This document shows, in pieces, positions 10,836 through 21,459 of a stretch of DNA of 64,000 nt. The first letter of the stretch is position 1, and every line of letters starts with the position of its first letter. The notes beneath the pieces are model-generated. The model did no database searches and was not told the origin of the DNA. It saw only the letters and a list, made by a program, of their open reading frames with translations. Both the position numbers and the translations under genes were made by a program. Origin of the DNA: an uncultured Actinomycetes bacterium (GTDB lineage Bacteria; Actinomycetota; UBA4738; HRBIN12); the NCBI GenBank assembly GCA_963810635.1, contig CAWEOB010000006.1, positions 68,982 to 132,981 on the forward strand. The letters run 5' to 3'.

Positions 10836-11894
10836 TCTCGATCCTGGTCGCGGCGGGCGTTGGGCTCGCCGTCACGCTCCTGGGAACGCCGATCGCGATC
10901 CGCGCCTTCCGTGCGTGGGGGTGGGGTCAGCGCATCCGGGAGGACGGACCCCATACCCACATGGAGAAGATGGGCACGCCCACCATGGGGGGGATCCTGA
11001 TGCTGGCAGGACTCGTCCTCGGCTACCTGGCATCCCGTCTCTCCGCCCAGCGGTTCACCGCGACGGGTCTCGCGCTGGTGTTCGCGGCGGTGGGCTTCGG
11101 CCTGGTGGGCTTCCTCGACGATTTCACGAAGGTCCGCCGGCGGCGATCGCTCGGACTGAACAAGTGGCAGAAGTTCCTGGGGACGGCCGTCGTGTCCGTC
11201 GGGTTCGCCGTCTTCGTGGTCATGACGAAAGATGAGACCGGGATCTCCACCAGCCTGTCCTTCCTCCGGCCGACGGGGATCGCGCTCGGGGCGTTCTTCT
11301 TCGTTTGGGTGTTCATCATGCTCACGTCGTCGTCGCACGCGGTGAACCTCACGGACGGGCTCGATGGTCTGGCAGCCGGCTCGGTCGATCCTCGTGTGCT
11401 CCGCCTACATCTTCATCGCCTTCTGGCAGTTCCGGCATACGTGTGCCCTGCTGGCGGATGCCTCGGGTTGCTACGGGGTCAACGGTGTCGACATGCAGGA
11501 CGCGGCGATCGTGGCCGCCGCCATGCTCGGCGCCGCCACCGGGTTCCTGTGGTGGAACGCAGCGCCTGCCCGGATCTTCATGGGCGACACCGGTGCCCTC
11601 GCGCTCGGCGGGCTCTTCGGCGCCTTGGCGGTCGTGACGAACACGCAGCTCTTGCTCGTGATCCTGGGTGGGCTGTTCGTGATCGAGACCCTCTCGGTGA
11701 TCATCCAGGTGATCTCGTTCCGCGGCTTCGGCCGGCGTGTCTTCCGGATGTCGCCCATCCATCACCATTTCGAGCTGTTGGGATGGCCCGAGTTCACCGT
11801 GATCGTCCGGTTCTGGGTCATCGCGGGTCTGTGCTCGGCGGTCGGCATCGGGCTGTTCTACGCGGACTTCATCGCTCGGGGAGGCCTCGGGTGA
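10832..11894 (+). CDS. mraY: Phospho-N-acetylmuramoyl-pentapeptide transferase MraY. Apparent +1 insertion at about 11384-11387.
   Basis: GTG overlaps the murF stop. N-terminal part (..[15 protein letters not shown]) is in the long-ORF frame. C-terminal part ([26 protein letters not shown]..) is in ORF 11364..11894. Confidence 0.8.
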
Positions 11895-13261
11895 GCCGCT
11901 CGTCGGACACCGGCCGGTTCGTCGGTCAACGCGCTGTCGTGGTCGGTGCTGGCGTGGCCGGCGTGGCGGCGGCCGAGGCGTTGCTCGCCGAGGGTGCCCA
12001 GGTCCGTGTCACGGATCTGCGCCCGGAGAGCGAGCTCGCCGACGCGGCCCGGCTGCAGTCTGCCGGCGCCGAGGTCCGGGCGGGTGGCCACGACGAAGCC
12101 GATCTCGACGGGGTCACGCTCATCGTCGCGAGCCCGGGCGTGCCGCCGTCCTCGGAGGTCCTCGCCTGGGCCCGTGCGAAGGACGTACCCGTGTGGGGGG
12201 AGATGGAGCTGGGCGCCCGGCTCGCTCGCGCGCCGTACCTCGCGGTGACGGGGACCAACGGCAAGACGACGACGACCGGCATGCTCACCGCGGCGCTGCG
12301 CTCCGACGGGAGGGACGCCGTCGCGTGCGGCAACATCGGCCGGCCGTTCCCGACGACGGCCCGGGAACACCATGACGTGCTGGTCGTCGAGATCTCGTCC
12401 TTCCAGCTCGCGACCCAGACGTCGTTCCACCCCACGGTGTCCGTTCTCCTCAACGTCGCGCCCGACCATCTCGATTGGCACGGTTCCTATCCGGCCTACC
12501 TTGAAGCCAAGGCGCAGATCCATGCTCGCCAGCAAGGCGCGGACGTCCACGTAGGGAATCGGGACGATCCCGTCGCCGCAGCGATCTCGGAACGCGCGAC
12601 ATGCCGGATCGTGTGGTTCCGCTCGGGTCCGCCCGGCCCGGGGGAGGTCGGGTACGTCGACGGCGAGCTCGTCTCGCGAACGGATGGCGGTGCCAGCCTC
12701 GGGAGGGTCGACGAAGAGCGTGCCGGGTTCAAGGTGGATGCCGCCGCAGCCGCGGCAGCTGCCCTGGCGTTCGGCGCGACACCCGCAGCGGTCGCCGCGG
12801 GGCTCGCCGCCTACCGGCCCCAGCGACACCGGGGCGACGAGGTCGCGGTGGCGGACGGCGTCCGATTCCTCGACAACTCGAAGGCGACCAACGTGCATGC
12901 GGCTCTCGCCGCGATCGATGGCGTCCGTGACGCGGTCCTGATCGCCGGGGGACGTGCGAAGGGTCAGGATCTCGCCCCTCTGGCATCACGATCGGATCGG
13001 CTGGTCGCCGTGGTGGCCATCGGGGAGAGCGCCGCCGAGGTTGCCGCGGTCTTCGACGGTCGCGTGCGGACCGAACGGGCGGCGACGATCGAGGACGCGA
13101 CCCGGACGGCCTTCGATCTGGCCGTCCCGGGCGGGGTCGTCCTCCTGGCGCCCGCGTGCGCGAGCTGGGATCAGTTCGCCGACTATGCGGAGCGGGGGGA
13201 GCGCTTCGCGATCGCGGCGGACGCGATCGCACGAGGGGTGGCGTCACGTGCCGGGTCGTGA
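11891..13261 (+). CDS. murD: UDP-N-acetylmuramoylalanine--D-glutamate ligase MurD
   Basis: GTGA overlap with mra[10 protein letters not shown]. Intact about 456 aa within the long ORF 10163..13261. Confidence 0.85.
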   Translation: MSRSSDTGRFVGQRAVVVGAGVAGVAAAEALLAEGAQVRVTDLRPESELADAARLQSAGAEVRAGGHDEADLDGVTLIVASPGVPPSSEVLAWARAKDVPVWGEMELGARLARAPYLAVTGTNGKTTTTGMLTAALRSDGRDAVACGNIGRPFPTTAREHHDVLVVEISSFQLATQTSFHPTVSVLLNVAPDHLDWHGSYPAYLEAKAQIHARQQGADVHVGNRDDPVAAAISERATCRIVWFRSGPPGPGEVGYVDGELVSRTDGGASLGRVDEERAGFKVDAAAAAAAALAFGATPAAVAAGLAAYRPQRHRGDEVAVADGVRFLDNSKATNVHAALAAIDGVRDAVLIAGGRAKGQDLAPLASRSDRLVAVVAIGESAAEVAAVFDGRVRTERAATIEDATRTAFDLAVPGGVVLLAPACASWDQFADYAERGERFAIAADAIARGVASRAGS

Positions 13262-14544
13262 AGCCACCGCGAAGCGGCGAGCGACCGACGCCCCCCGTGC
13301 GCGCTCCCGCCCGTCGCTGAAGGTCGTTCCTCGGCCTCGTGCGAGGGCCTCGGGTGACGCCGCGCGTCTCGCCCGGGTGGACAGGATCCTGCTGCTGCTC
13401 TCGTCCGGCTTCCTCACGGCGACCGGATTGGTCATGGTGTTGTCGGCCGGGTCCGTCTCGGCGACGCAGGGGTACGACGGGAACCCCTTCTGGTACTTCC
13501 AGCGCCAGCTCGTCTACGCGGTGGTGGGGGTCATCCTCGCGGTGATCGTCGCGCGCCTCCGTCCGTCGATCTGGCGCCGACTCGGCTTCCCGCTGTTGGC
13601 GGTGACAGCGCTCCTGATGCTGCTCGCCGCCCACCCTTCATCCGGGACCTCGTTCTACGGCGCGTCGCGGTGGATCGACATCGGACCGATCACGTTGCAG
13701 CCGTCGGAGTTCGCGAAGCTGTTCCTGGTGGCGGTGAGCGCCGCGATCCTCACCAACAAGTGGTCGAAGCGCGACGACCTGGGCCATCTCCTCGTACCGC
13801 TCGCGCCCGTGGTGGGCGCCGTGGCGGTGCTCGGCATCTTGCAGCGCGACCTGGGGACCACCTTCGATCCTCTGCACGACGGTCTTCTTGATGCTGTTCA
13901 TCGCGGGGGTCCGTCTCCGCTACCTGTCGGTGGCCGGGATCGCGGGCGCCCTCTGCCTCGCCTACCTGATCCTCGGCGAGTCGTACCGGCGCGCGAGGTT
14001 CGTCGAGGCCTACCTCCGCCCCTGGGACGACCCGAAGGGTGACGGCTACCAGCTGATCCAAGGTCTCATCGCGATCGGGTCGGGTGGGTGGTTCGGAACC
14101 GGACTCGGCACGAGCCGGGCGAAGTGGGACTTCCTGCCGAACGCACACTCCGACTTCATCTTCGCGGTGATCGGTGAAGAGCTGGGCTTGCTCGGGGCCC
14201 TCGTGGTGCTGATCGCCTTCGGCGTGCTCGTGTATGCGGGCATCAGGATCGCGATCCACGCGCCCGGTGTGTTCGAGCGCCTGCTGGCGGCGGGGATCAT
14301 CGCGTGGATCGGCACGCAAGCGATCGTCAACCTCGGCGCCGTCACGGGCATCCTCCCGATCACCGGCGTGCCGCTGCCGCTCGTCTCGTTCGGAGGTACC
14401 GCGCTCGTGGTGACGCTCGCGGGGATCGGCGTCCTCGCGAGCATCGCCCGAGCGACGGGCAGGGTCGGCTCCGACCCGGGCGGGTCGAGCGCGGACGGAG
14501 CGGGGGAGCCCGCGGCCCGACCGTCACGGAAGGGGCGTCGGTGA
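13248..14544 (+). CDS. ftsW: Peptidoglycan glycosyltransferase / lipid II flippase FtsW (SEDS family). Apparent +1 insertion at about 13863-13866.
   Basis: Basic N-terminal tail then TM core. The ORF 12954..14042 frame switches to ORF 13888..14544 (ILCTTVFLMLFIAGVRLRYL...GWFGTGLG...PITGVPLPLVSFGGT). Confidence 0.8.
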
Positions 14545-15644
14545 GGATCGTGATGGCCGGGGGAGGCACGGCCGGCCATGTCTTCCCGGCGCTCGCGGTC
14601 GCTGAGCTGCTCCGCGACGGGGGAGATGAGGTCGTCTTCGTGGGGTCCGAGGATGGGCCCGAGGCCAGACTCGTGGAGGGCGCCGGCTACCGCTTCCGCC
14701 GGGTGCGCGTCCTGCCGGCGCAGACCCGCGTGTCGGTGCGGAGCATCAAGGCCCTCTGGAAGGCCGCGGCCGCGGCCCGGACGGTCCGCCCGCTCATCAG
14801 GACGGCCGACGTCGTCGTGGGAATCGGTGGCTACGCGAGCGCTCCCGCGATCCTCGCCGCCCGGTGGTCGCGGGTCCCGATCGTGTTGGTCGAACAGAAC
14901 GGTGTTCCCGGGGCCGTCAACCGGGTCGCGGCGCGATGGGCCCGCGTCGTGGCGACGGCGTTCGATGCCGCCGCAGCCCGACTCCCCGACGATGTCCGCG
15001 TGGAACGCACGGGGAACCCGGTCCGGCCCGAGATCCTCGAGGTTGCCGAGCATCGAACGACCCTGCGGCGGGAAGCTCTCGCCATGTTCGAGCTCGACGC
15101 GTCGCGCCGCACCGTCGGTGTCTTCGGGGGGAGCCAGGGGGCGCTGCACCTGAACGAAGCCGTGCTGGCCGCGCTCCCGCATCTCAACGAGCGCAGCGAC
15201 GTGCAGCTGCTCATCGCCGCCGGTCCCGATCACGTCGACATGGTCCGAGCCGACGCGCGTGCCGACGGCGAGCTACTGATCCGCGTCGTCGGGTTCATCG
15301 ACCGCATGGATCTCGCGCTCGCCGTGACGGACCTCGCCGTCTCCCGGTCGGGGGCGGGGCATGTCACGGAGCTCGCCGTGTGCGGTGTTCCCGCCATCCT
15401 CGTTCCGTACCCCCACGCGACGGAGAACCATCAGGAAGCGAACGCACGTGAGCTCGAACGCGCGGGGGAATCGGAGGTCCTCCTGGATCGGGACCTGACG
15501 GGCGAGGCCTTGGCCGGTCGGATCGTCCGCGCCCTCGCCGACCACGATCGCCTGAAGCGGATGTCGGACGCTGCCCGCGCCTGGTCGATGCCGGACGCGG
15601 CGGCGAGGATCGCCTCTCTGATCGGGGAGGTGACAGGGGAGTGA
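14541..15644 (+). CDS. murG: UDP-GlcNAc:lipid I GlcNAc transferase MurG
   Basis: GGTAGHVFPALA motif. Intact. GTGA overlaps both neighbours. Confidence 0.9.
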   Translation: MRIVMAGGGTAGHVFPALAVAELLRDGGDEVVFVGSEDGPEARLVEGAGYRFRRVRVLPAQTRVSVRSIKALWKAAAAARTVRPLIRTADVVVGIGGYASAPAILAARWSRVPIVLVEQNGVPGAVNRVAARWARVVATAFDAAAARLPDDVRVERTGNPVRPEILEVAEHRTTLRREALAMFELDASRRTVGVFGGSQGALHLNEAVLAALPHLNERSDVQLLIAAGPDHVDMVRADARADGELLIRVVGFIDRMDLALAVTDLAVSRSGAGHVTELAVCGVPAILVPYPHATENHQEANARELERAGESEVLLDRDLTGEALAGRIVRALADHDRLKRMSDAARAWSMPDAAARIASLIGEVTGE

Positions 15645-17089
15645 GGGGGTTCACCTGGTGGACGCCACCTGTCGACTCGATCCCCACCTCGGAGATCCCT
15701 TCGCTCGACGGGGTCGAGGAGGTGCACCTCATCGGGATCGGCGGCGCGGGCATGCGGAACCTCGCTCGTCTCTTCCACGCGCGGGCGATCCGGGTCACGG
15801 GATCCGATCTCAAGGCGTCGGGGCATCTCCGCGAGCTGGAGGGTTCCGGCGTCGTCGTCCACGTGGGACACGACCGCGGGCACGTCGGAACGCCGGACGC
15901 CGTCGTGATCTCGAGCGCGATCCGGGACTCGAACGTCGAGCTCGACGAGGCACGTCGTCGGTCGCTTCCGGTGTGGAAACGGCAACAGGCGTTGGGTGCG
16001 CTGGCCCACGGTCGCCGAGCGGTCGCCGTCGCCGGGACGCACGGCAAGACCACGACGACCTCGATGGTCGCGGTCGCCCTCGAACGCGGTGGTCTCGATC
16101 CCACCTATCTGATCGGGGGCGATCTCAACGAGAGCGGCAGCGGAGCTCGCCACGGGGACGGCGATCTCTTCGTCTTCGAGGCGGATGAGAGCGATGGCTC
16201 CTTCCTCCTCATCCCACCCTGGCTCGGCGTGATCACCAACGTCGACGTCGACCACCTGGATTTCTTCCCAGGAGGTCGGGAGGAGATCGAGCGTGCGTTC
16301 GCCGAGTTCGCAGCACGCTGCGAGGTCGTGGTCGCGTTCGGTGACGATGCCGGCGTGCGGCGCTCCCTGGAGATGGCCGGCGTCTCCGCCGTGACCTACG
16401 GGTTCGCATCCGACAACGACACCCTCGTCCGTGTCGAGCATCTCGGACCCGACGGTGCGCGCGGGTCGGTCCGGGTGCAGGGACGTTCGCCGCTGACCGT
16501 CGACCTCCGTGTCGACGGTCAGCACAATCTCTTGGATGCGGCCGCCGCGATCACGGTGGCGGCGGCGGCAGGTGTCGACCCCGCGACGTCGGTCGAGGCG
16601 CTGGCCGGGTTCGAAGGGGTCCATCGCAGGTTCGAGTTCCGCGGGTCGGTCCGGGGCGCCGCGTTCTTCGACGACTACGGTCACAACCCGGCCGAGATGG
16701 CGGTGACGGTGGAGACGGCGCGCCGACGTCGGCCGGAGCGGTTGATCGCCCTGGTGCAACCCCACCGCTATTCGCGGGTCCAGGCCCTCTGGCGGGAGCT
16801 GGGGGCGAGCGTCGCGGGTGCCGATCTCGTGATCGTGACGGGCGTCTACGGCGCCGCCCAGGAACCGATCCCCGGCGTCACCGGCAAGCTCGTGGTGGAC
16901 GGGGTGCAACTCGCGGCGCCGGGACGCCGCACCGTGTACCTGCCCCACCGGCGCGACGTCGTCGCCTTCCTCGACCGCGAGATCCGCGAAGGCGATCTGG
17001 TCGTGACGATGGGCTGTGGGGACGTCTGGATGCTGGGCGACGCCGCCCTCGAGTTGATCCGCGAGCATGACGGGCGGAACGCGGCATGA
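15641..17089 (+). CDS. murC: UDP-N-acetylmuramate--L-alanine ligase MurC
   Basis: GTHGKTTTT. Intact 482 aa. Confidence 0.9.
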   Translation: MRGFTWWTPPVDSIPTSEIPSLDGVEEVHLIGIGGAGMRNLARLFHARAIRVTGSDLKASGHLRELEGSGVVVHVGHDRGHVGTPDAVVISSAIRDSNVELDEARRRSLPVWKRQQALGALAHGRRAVAVAGTHGKTTTTSMVAVALERGGLDPTYLIGGDLNESGSGARHGDGDLFVFEADESDGSFLLIPPWLGVITNVDVDHLDFFPGGREEIERAFAEFAARCEVVVAFGDDAGVRRSLEMAGVSAVTYGFASDNDTLVRVEHLGPDGARGSVRVQGRSPLTVDLRVDGQHNLLDAAAAITVAAAAGVDPATSVEALAGFEGVHRRFEFRGSVRGAAFFDDYGHNPAEMAVTVETARRRRPERLIALVQPHRYSRVQALWRELGASVAGADLVIVTGVYGAAQEPIPGVTGKLVVDGVQLAAPGRRTVYLPHRRDVVAFLDREIREGDLVVTMGCGDVWMLGDAALELIREHDGRNAA

Positions 17090-18015
17090 AGCCCGACCTC
17101 CTGCTGGCCGGCCGCATCCTCCACGAGGGATATGGCGAGCGTGTTCGCTCGTCGTTCCCCATGGCCCCGTTGACGACGTTCCGCATCGGTGGGCCGGCTG
17201 CGCTGTACGTGGAGCCGGAGGACGAGCGCGACCTCGAGGTCGCCGGCCGGGCGGTCACGGAAGCGGGGATCCCCTTCGTGGTGCTCGGCAAGGGTTCCAA
17301 CGTGCTCGTCGCCGACCGGGGGTTCGAGGGTTTGGTGATCAGGCTCGGACGGGGGTTCCGCTGGGCGGGACGTGAAGGTCACCGGATCGCTGCCGGAGCG
17401 TCGATGCCCCTTCCGGCGCTCGCCGGCATCGCCCTCCACCATGGCCTCGCGGGCTTGGAATTCGGCGTCGCCATCCCCGCCAGCCTCGGGGGCGCCGTCC
17501 GGATGAACGCGGGAGCACACGGTGGGGCCATGGCGGAGGTCGTGGAGACGGTCGAGGTCTTCCGTCTGGCCGGCGATGGCCGCGCCACCGTGCCGGCGTC
17601 CGATCTCCGATACCGGTACCGGAGGTCCGACCTCGCGCCGGATGCGGTGGTCGTGGGCGCGACCCTCGCCCTCACCCCCGCCGCTCCCGATGCGATCCGC
17701 GAGCGCATGGACGAGGCGCGTGCATGGCGCCGCCGCACCCAACCGCTGGCGGAGCCGAACTGTGGGAGCGTGTTCAAGAATCCCGAAGGTGCCCACGCCG
17801 CTCGGTTGATCGACGAAGCCGGACTGAAAGGCGTGAGCGTCGGCGGTGTCCACGTCTCGGAGAAGCACGCGAACTTCATCGTGGCGATGCCCGGCGCGCA
17901 GGCCGGCGACGTGGTCCGGCTCATCCACCTGATCCAGGAACGGGTCTACGAGCGCTCCGGGGTCGATCTCGAGCCGGAGGTGCAGATCCTGGGTGAGGTG
18001 CACGATGCCGCGTAG
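17086..18015 (+). CDS. murB: UDP-N-acetylenolpyruvoylglucosamine reductase MurB
   Basis: FAD-binding MurB homology (FRIGGPA...GKGSNVLV). Intact. Confidence 0.9.
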   Translation: MKPDLLLAGRILHEGYGERVRSSFPMAPLTTFRIGGPAALYVEPEDERDLEVAGRAVTEAGIPFVVLGKGSNVLVADRGFEGLVIRLGRGFRWAGREGHRIAAGASMPLPALAGIALHHGLAGLEFGVAIPASLGGAVRMNAGAHGGAMAEVVETVEVFRLAGDGRATVPASDLRYRYRRSDLAPDAVVVGATLALTPAAPDAIRERMDEARAWRRRTQPLAEPNCGSVFKNPEGAHAARLIDEAGLKGVSVGGVHVSEKHANFIVAMPGAQAGDVVRLIHLIQERVYERSGVDLEPEVQILGEVHDAA

Positions 18016-18723
18016 GTGGCTCGCGACCCGACGCCGTCAGGCCCTGGTGGCGGCGATCGCCGGGACCCTCCTCGTGGCGACCGCCGCCTCGGCCCTCACG
18101 TTCAGCCCCGTCTTCGGCGCGCGCCACATCGACGTGACCGGGAACGAGTCGCTCGAGCGAGAGCAGGTGCTGGCGGCCGCTGGACTCGAGCTCGGGATCG
18201 AACGTGGCCCACCTCGACGCAGAGGCCGTCGAAGGGCGGCTGCGCGCCGAACCCTGGGTGGAGGACGCCACCGTCGAACGCGATCTTCCCGGGGACCATC
18301 CTGGTCCACATCCAGGAGCGCGTGCCCGTCGCGACGCTCCTCGGCGGGACAGCGCTCGCCAGCGACGGCACCGTGCTGCCCGGCGCCTCCACCGCACGGC
18401 TGCCGGAGATCCGACCGAGCTACGGGTCCCTCCAGCCCGGATCCGCCGCCGCGGCCGCAGCCGCGATCGCGGCGCTGGCACCGACGATCCGTGATCGCGT
18501 GCTCGCCGTCGTGGTTCAACCTGACGGGTGGATGCTGGTGCAGCTGAGGAACGGGGTCAGCGTGGTCTACGGCGACGCGAGTGCCCCGGGGGCGAAGGCG
18601 GCCTCCCTGCACGCGATCCTCCGATGGGCCCGCGACGTGGGGAGCGAGCTCCGACGCGTCGATGTCTCGGTTCCCTCCACGCCCAGCGTCACCCTCGCCA
18701 GCGGCTCGACGTACGCGCCGTGA
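18005..18723 (+). CDS. ftsQ: Cell division protein FtsQ/DivIB (POTRA domain). Two apparent +1 insertions, near 18200 and near 18292.
   Basis: N-terminus and TM in ORF 17993 frame. POTRA segment [30 protein letters not shown] in ORF 18204 frame. The rest ([18 protein letters not shown]...[16 protein letters not shown]) in ORF 18016..18723 frame. Confidence 0.7.
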
Positions 18724-18841
18724 CCGGTCCCCACGGTGGGGGACGGGTCTGCATCCGAGTCGTCTCGGCCCACGGTCCCGGTGGTCGAAGAGCTGTCACC
18801 AGAATGCACAAACGCACCCTCTCCTGAAGGCCGAGTCGTGC

Positions 18842-18915
18842 TTGACGGCCACGGTCCATCCTAGTAGGGTCGCCATCTCGACTGGAGGTGGATATGACAA
18901 TAAACCTTTGGTTGA
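18842..18915 (+). promoter_or_regulatory. Candidate ftsZ promoter (TTGACG-17-TAGGGT) plus an unusually AT-rich patch in the ftsQ-ftsZ intergenic region
   Basis: TTGACG at 18842-18847 and TAGGGT at 18865-18870. GATATGACAATAAACCTTTGGTTGA at about 18891-18915 within a 265 bp gap upstream of ftsZ. Confidence 0.35.
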
Positions 18916-18988
18916 GCGTGAGAGTCGAGAGGGACCGATCGGCGTTCCCGCAGGTCACTGCGCAGGACAGCGCTCGGAGGGCACGACC

Positions 18989-20144
18989 ATGATGGATGCG
19001 CCTCAGAACTACCTCGCCGTGATCAAGGTGCTCGGCATCGGTGGCGGGGGCGTGAACGCGGTGAACCGGATGATCGAGGCAGGTCTCCGGGGCGTCGAGT
19101 TCATCGCCGTCAACACCGATGCTCAGACGCTCTTGATGTCGGATGCCGAGGTGAAGCTGGACATCGGCCGCGAGACCACGCGCGGGCTCGGTGCGGGGTC
19201 CGACCCCGAGGTGGGAAAGAGCGCCGCCCAGGAACATGCCGATGAGATCGAGGAGATCCTCAAAGGCGCGGACATGGTGTTCATCACCGCCGGTGAGGGT
19301 GGTGGAACGGGCACAGGTGGATCGCCGGTGGTCGCCGAGATCGCTCGCAACCTCGGCGCGCTCACGATCGGTGTCGTCACCCGGCCCTTCGGCTTCGAAG
19401 GACGTATGCGCGCAACCCAGGCCGATCTCGGGATCACCGAACTGAAGAAGGCCGTCGACACCCTCATCGTGGTACCGAACGACCGCTTGCTCCAGGTCGC
19501 CGACCCCACGATGCCCATGGTCGAGGCGTTCCGGATGGCCGACCAGGTCCTGTATCAAGGTGTGGACGGGATCGACGTCGCTCATCACGACACCGGGCTT
19601 GATCAACCTCGACTTCGCCGACGTGAAGACCGTGATGGCGGGCGCGGGTTCCGCGCTGATGGGGATCGGGATCGGCTCGGGTGCCGATCGTGCCACCGAG
19701 GCCGCCAAGGCCGCCATCTCGAGCCCGCTCCTCGAGTCGTCCATCGATGGCGCGAAGGGCGTGCTGCTCTCGATCTCGGGGCCGACGGACCTCACCCTGC
19801 ACGAGGTGAATGCCGCCGCCGATGCGATCACCCGCGTGGCACACCCCGACGCCAACATCATCTTCGGCGCGGTCGTCGATGACGCGCTCGGCGATGAGGT
19901 GCGCGTCACGGTGGTGGCGGCGGGCTTCGATCGCGTGAGCCCTCCGTCGGACAACCGGTTCGAGAGCCGCCTCTCCCGCCTGCTGGAGGAGCCGGTCCGG
20001 ATCGACTCCGCGGATGAGCCCCTGCCGTCGATCCTGCAGGACGACGAGGCCGATGTCTTCGTCACCGACGTCGAGCCGGTGGGCTCCAAGGTGTCGTTCG
20101 ACGCGGAGGAGGACCTGGACATCCCGGACTTCTTGAAGAGCTGA
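18989..20144 (+). CDS. ftsZ: Cell division GTPase FtsZ. Apparent +1 insertion at about 19574.
   Basis: [11 protein letters not shown] and GGGTGTG motifs. After QVLYQGVDG the frame switches to ORF 19560..20144 ([31 protein letters not shown]...). Confidence 0.85.
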
Positions 20145-20152
20145 CGCTGCTT

Positions 20153-20186
20153 CCCGCCCGCGCGGTCCCGCGCGAAGAGGGGCGGG
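20153..20186 (+). terminator. GC-rich nested hairpin directly after the ftsZ stop
   Basis: CCCGCCC-GCGCGG-tcc-CGCGCG-aagag-GGGCGGG. No U-tract, which is typical for high-GC actinobacteria. Confidence 0.35.
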
Positions 20187-20265
20187 GAGGCTGAGCGACG
20201 AGGCGCCCTTCCCCCGCCTCGTGGCCGAGAGCCTCCCCGTCCCTGTTCACGTTCTGGGCGTCGAT

Positions 20266-20968
20266 ATGCTCCCGGCGATGCAGGGCTCGAAGGACCACGT
20301 GCTCGCCAACCTCGCGAGCATCCGAGGTGGATCTCCGACGCGGCCGATCGGGCGGGGAGGATCCCAGCCATGTGCTCCTCGTCGCAGCGGCGAAGAAGGT
20401 CCCGCCGGCGCCCATCGGCTGGGTGGCCGACGCGGGCGTCACGGCGGTCGGCGAGAACTACGTCCAGGAGCTGCGGGCCACCCGGGTGGCGATGGGGAAC
20501 CGCTCGCTCCGTTGGCACTACATCGGGACGATGGGGTCGAGCACGGCACACCACGTCGCCGACCTCGCCGACGTGGTGGAGACCGTCGCCGGGGAGCGAG
20601 CGGCCCGCAGGCTAGCCGGGCGGGCCGCTCGCTCCGCTCGGCTCCTCGATGTGCTGATCGAGGTCGACCTGACGGGGGAGCGGACCGGCGTTCGCGAAGG
20701 GAACGTGGAAGCGTTCGCGGAGCTGCTCGCGACCCTGGGCGGCGTGCGTCTCTGCGGTCTCATGACCTTGCCGCCGGCCCCGGCGGTCGCGGAGGACTCC
20801 CGTCCGTGGTTCGTCCGGCTGCGAGCCTTGCGCGATCGGCTCCGGGAGAAGCACCCTGAGGTGCTGGAACTCTCGATGGGGATGTCGTTGGATTACGAGG
20901 TCGCAGTGGAGGAAGGCGCTACCATGGTCCGCATCGGGACGGCATTGTTCGGTCCGCGGGCTGCGTAG
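20266..20968 (+). CDS. yggS: YggS-family PLP-binding protein (PLPHP). Two apparent 1-nt deletions, near 20329 and near 20360.
   Basis: Protein reconstructed across three frames: NLASIRG | RISDAADRAGR | DPSHVLLVAAAKKVPPAPIGW...GENYVQE. It matches E. coli YggS NLAQVRDKISAAATRCGRSPEEITLLAVSKTKP. Confidence 0.7.
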
Positions 20969-20988
20969 CCTGAGGAGGATGTGCGAGG

Positions 20989-21459
20989 ATGGCCGGCGTG
21001 TGGAAGAAGACGCTCAACTATCTCGGGCTCGTCGAAGAGGACGAGGACTTCGTCGACGACATGCCCGAGGCCGAGCCGGCCCCGGTCCGTCGCATGTCTC
21101 CGCGCAGCGGTGGTGACTCCTCCTCGGAGACCGAAGGGGTCGTTCGGACGATGTCCTCACCGCGCCCCGTCGCTTCCGCGACGGCCGCGATCCACAAGTC
21201 CGAGCCCAAGCGCTTCAACGAGGCTCGAGAGGTCGCGGATCGGTTCAAGGAAGGGACCGCCGTCATCATGAACCTCCAGAGCACGGAGGATCCCATCGCG
21301 CGGCGGCTGGTCGACTTCGCATCGGGCCTCGTCTATGGGCTCGACGGCAAGATCGAGCTCGTCGCGAATCGCGTGTACCTCCTGACGCCGGCCAACGTCG
21401 AGGTGTCGGCGGAGGAGCGGGAGCGCATCGCCGGGGGCGGCTTCTACAACCAGTTCTGA
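20989..21459 (+). CDS. sepF: Cell division protein SepF
   Basis: Intact 156 aa. Conserved SepF C-terminal domain. Confidence 0.85.
   Translation: MAGVWKKTLNYLGLVEEDEDFVDDMPEAEPAPVRRMSPRSGGDSSSETEGVVRTMSSPRPVASATAAIHKSEPKRFNEAREVADRFKEGTAVIMNLQSTEDPIARRLVDFASGLVYGLDGKIELVANRVYLLTPANVEVSAEERERIAGGGFYNQF

Noticed and set aside
10163-13261. 1032-aa plus-strand ORF
   Set aside because: A read-through of out-of-frame murF 3' sequence, the mraY N-terminus, a wrong-frame stretch and murD. Split into mraY and murD using the GTGA junction and homology.
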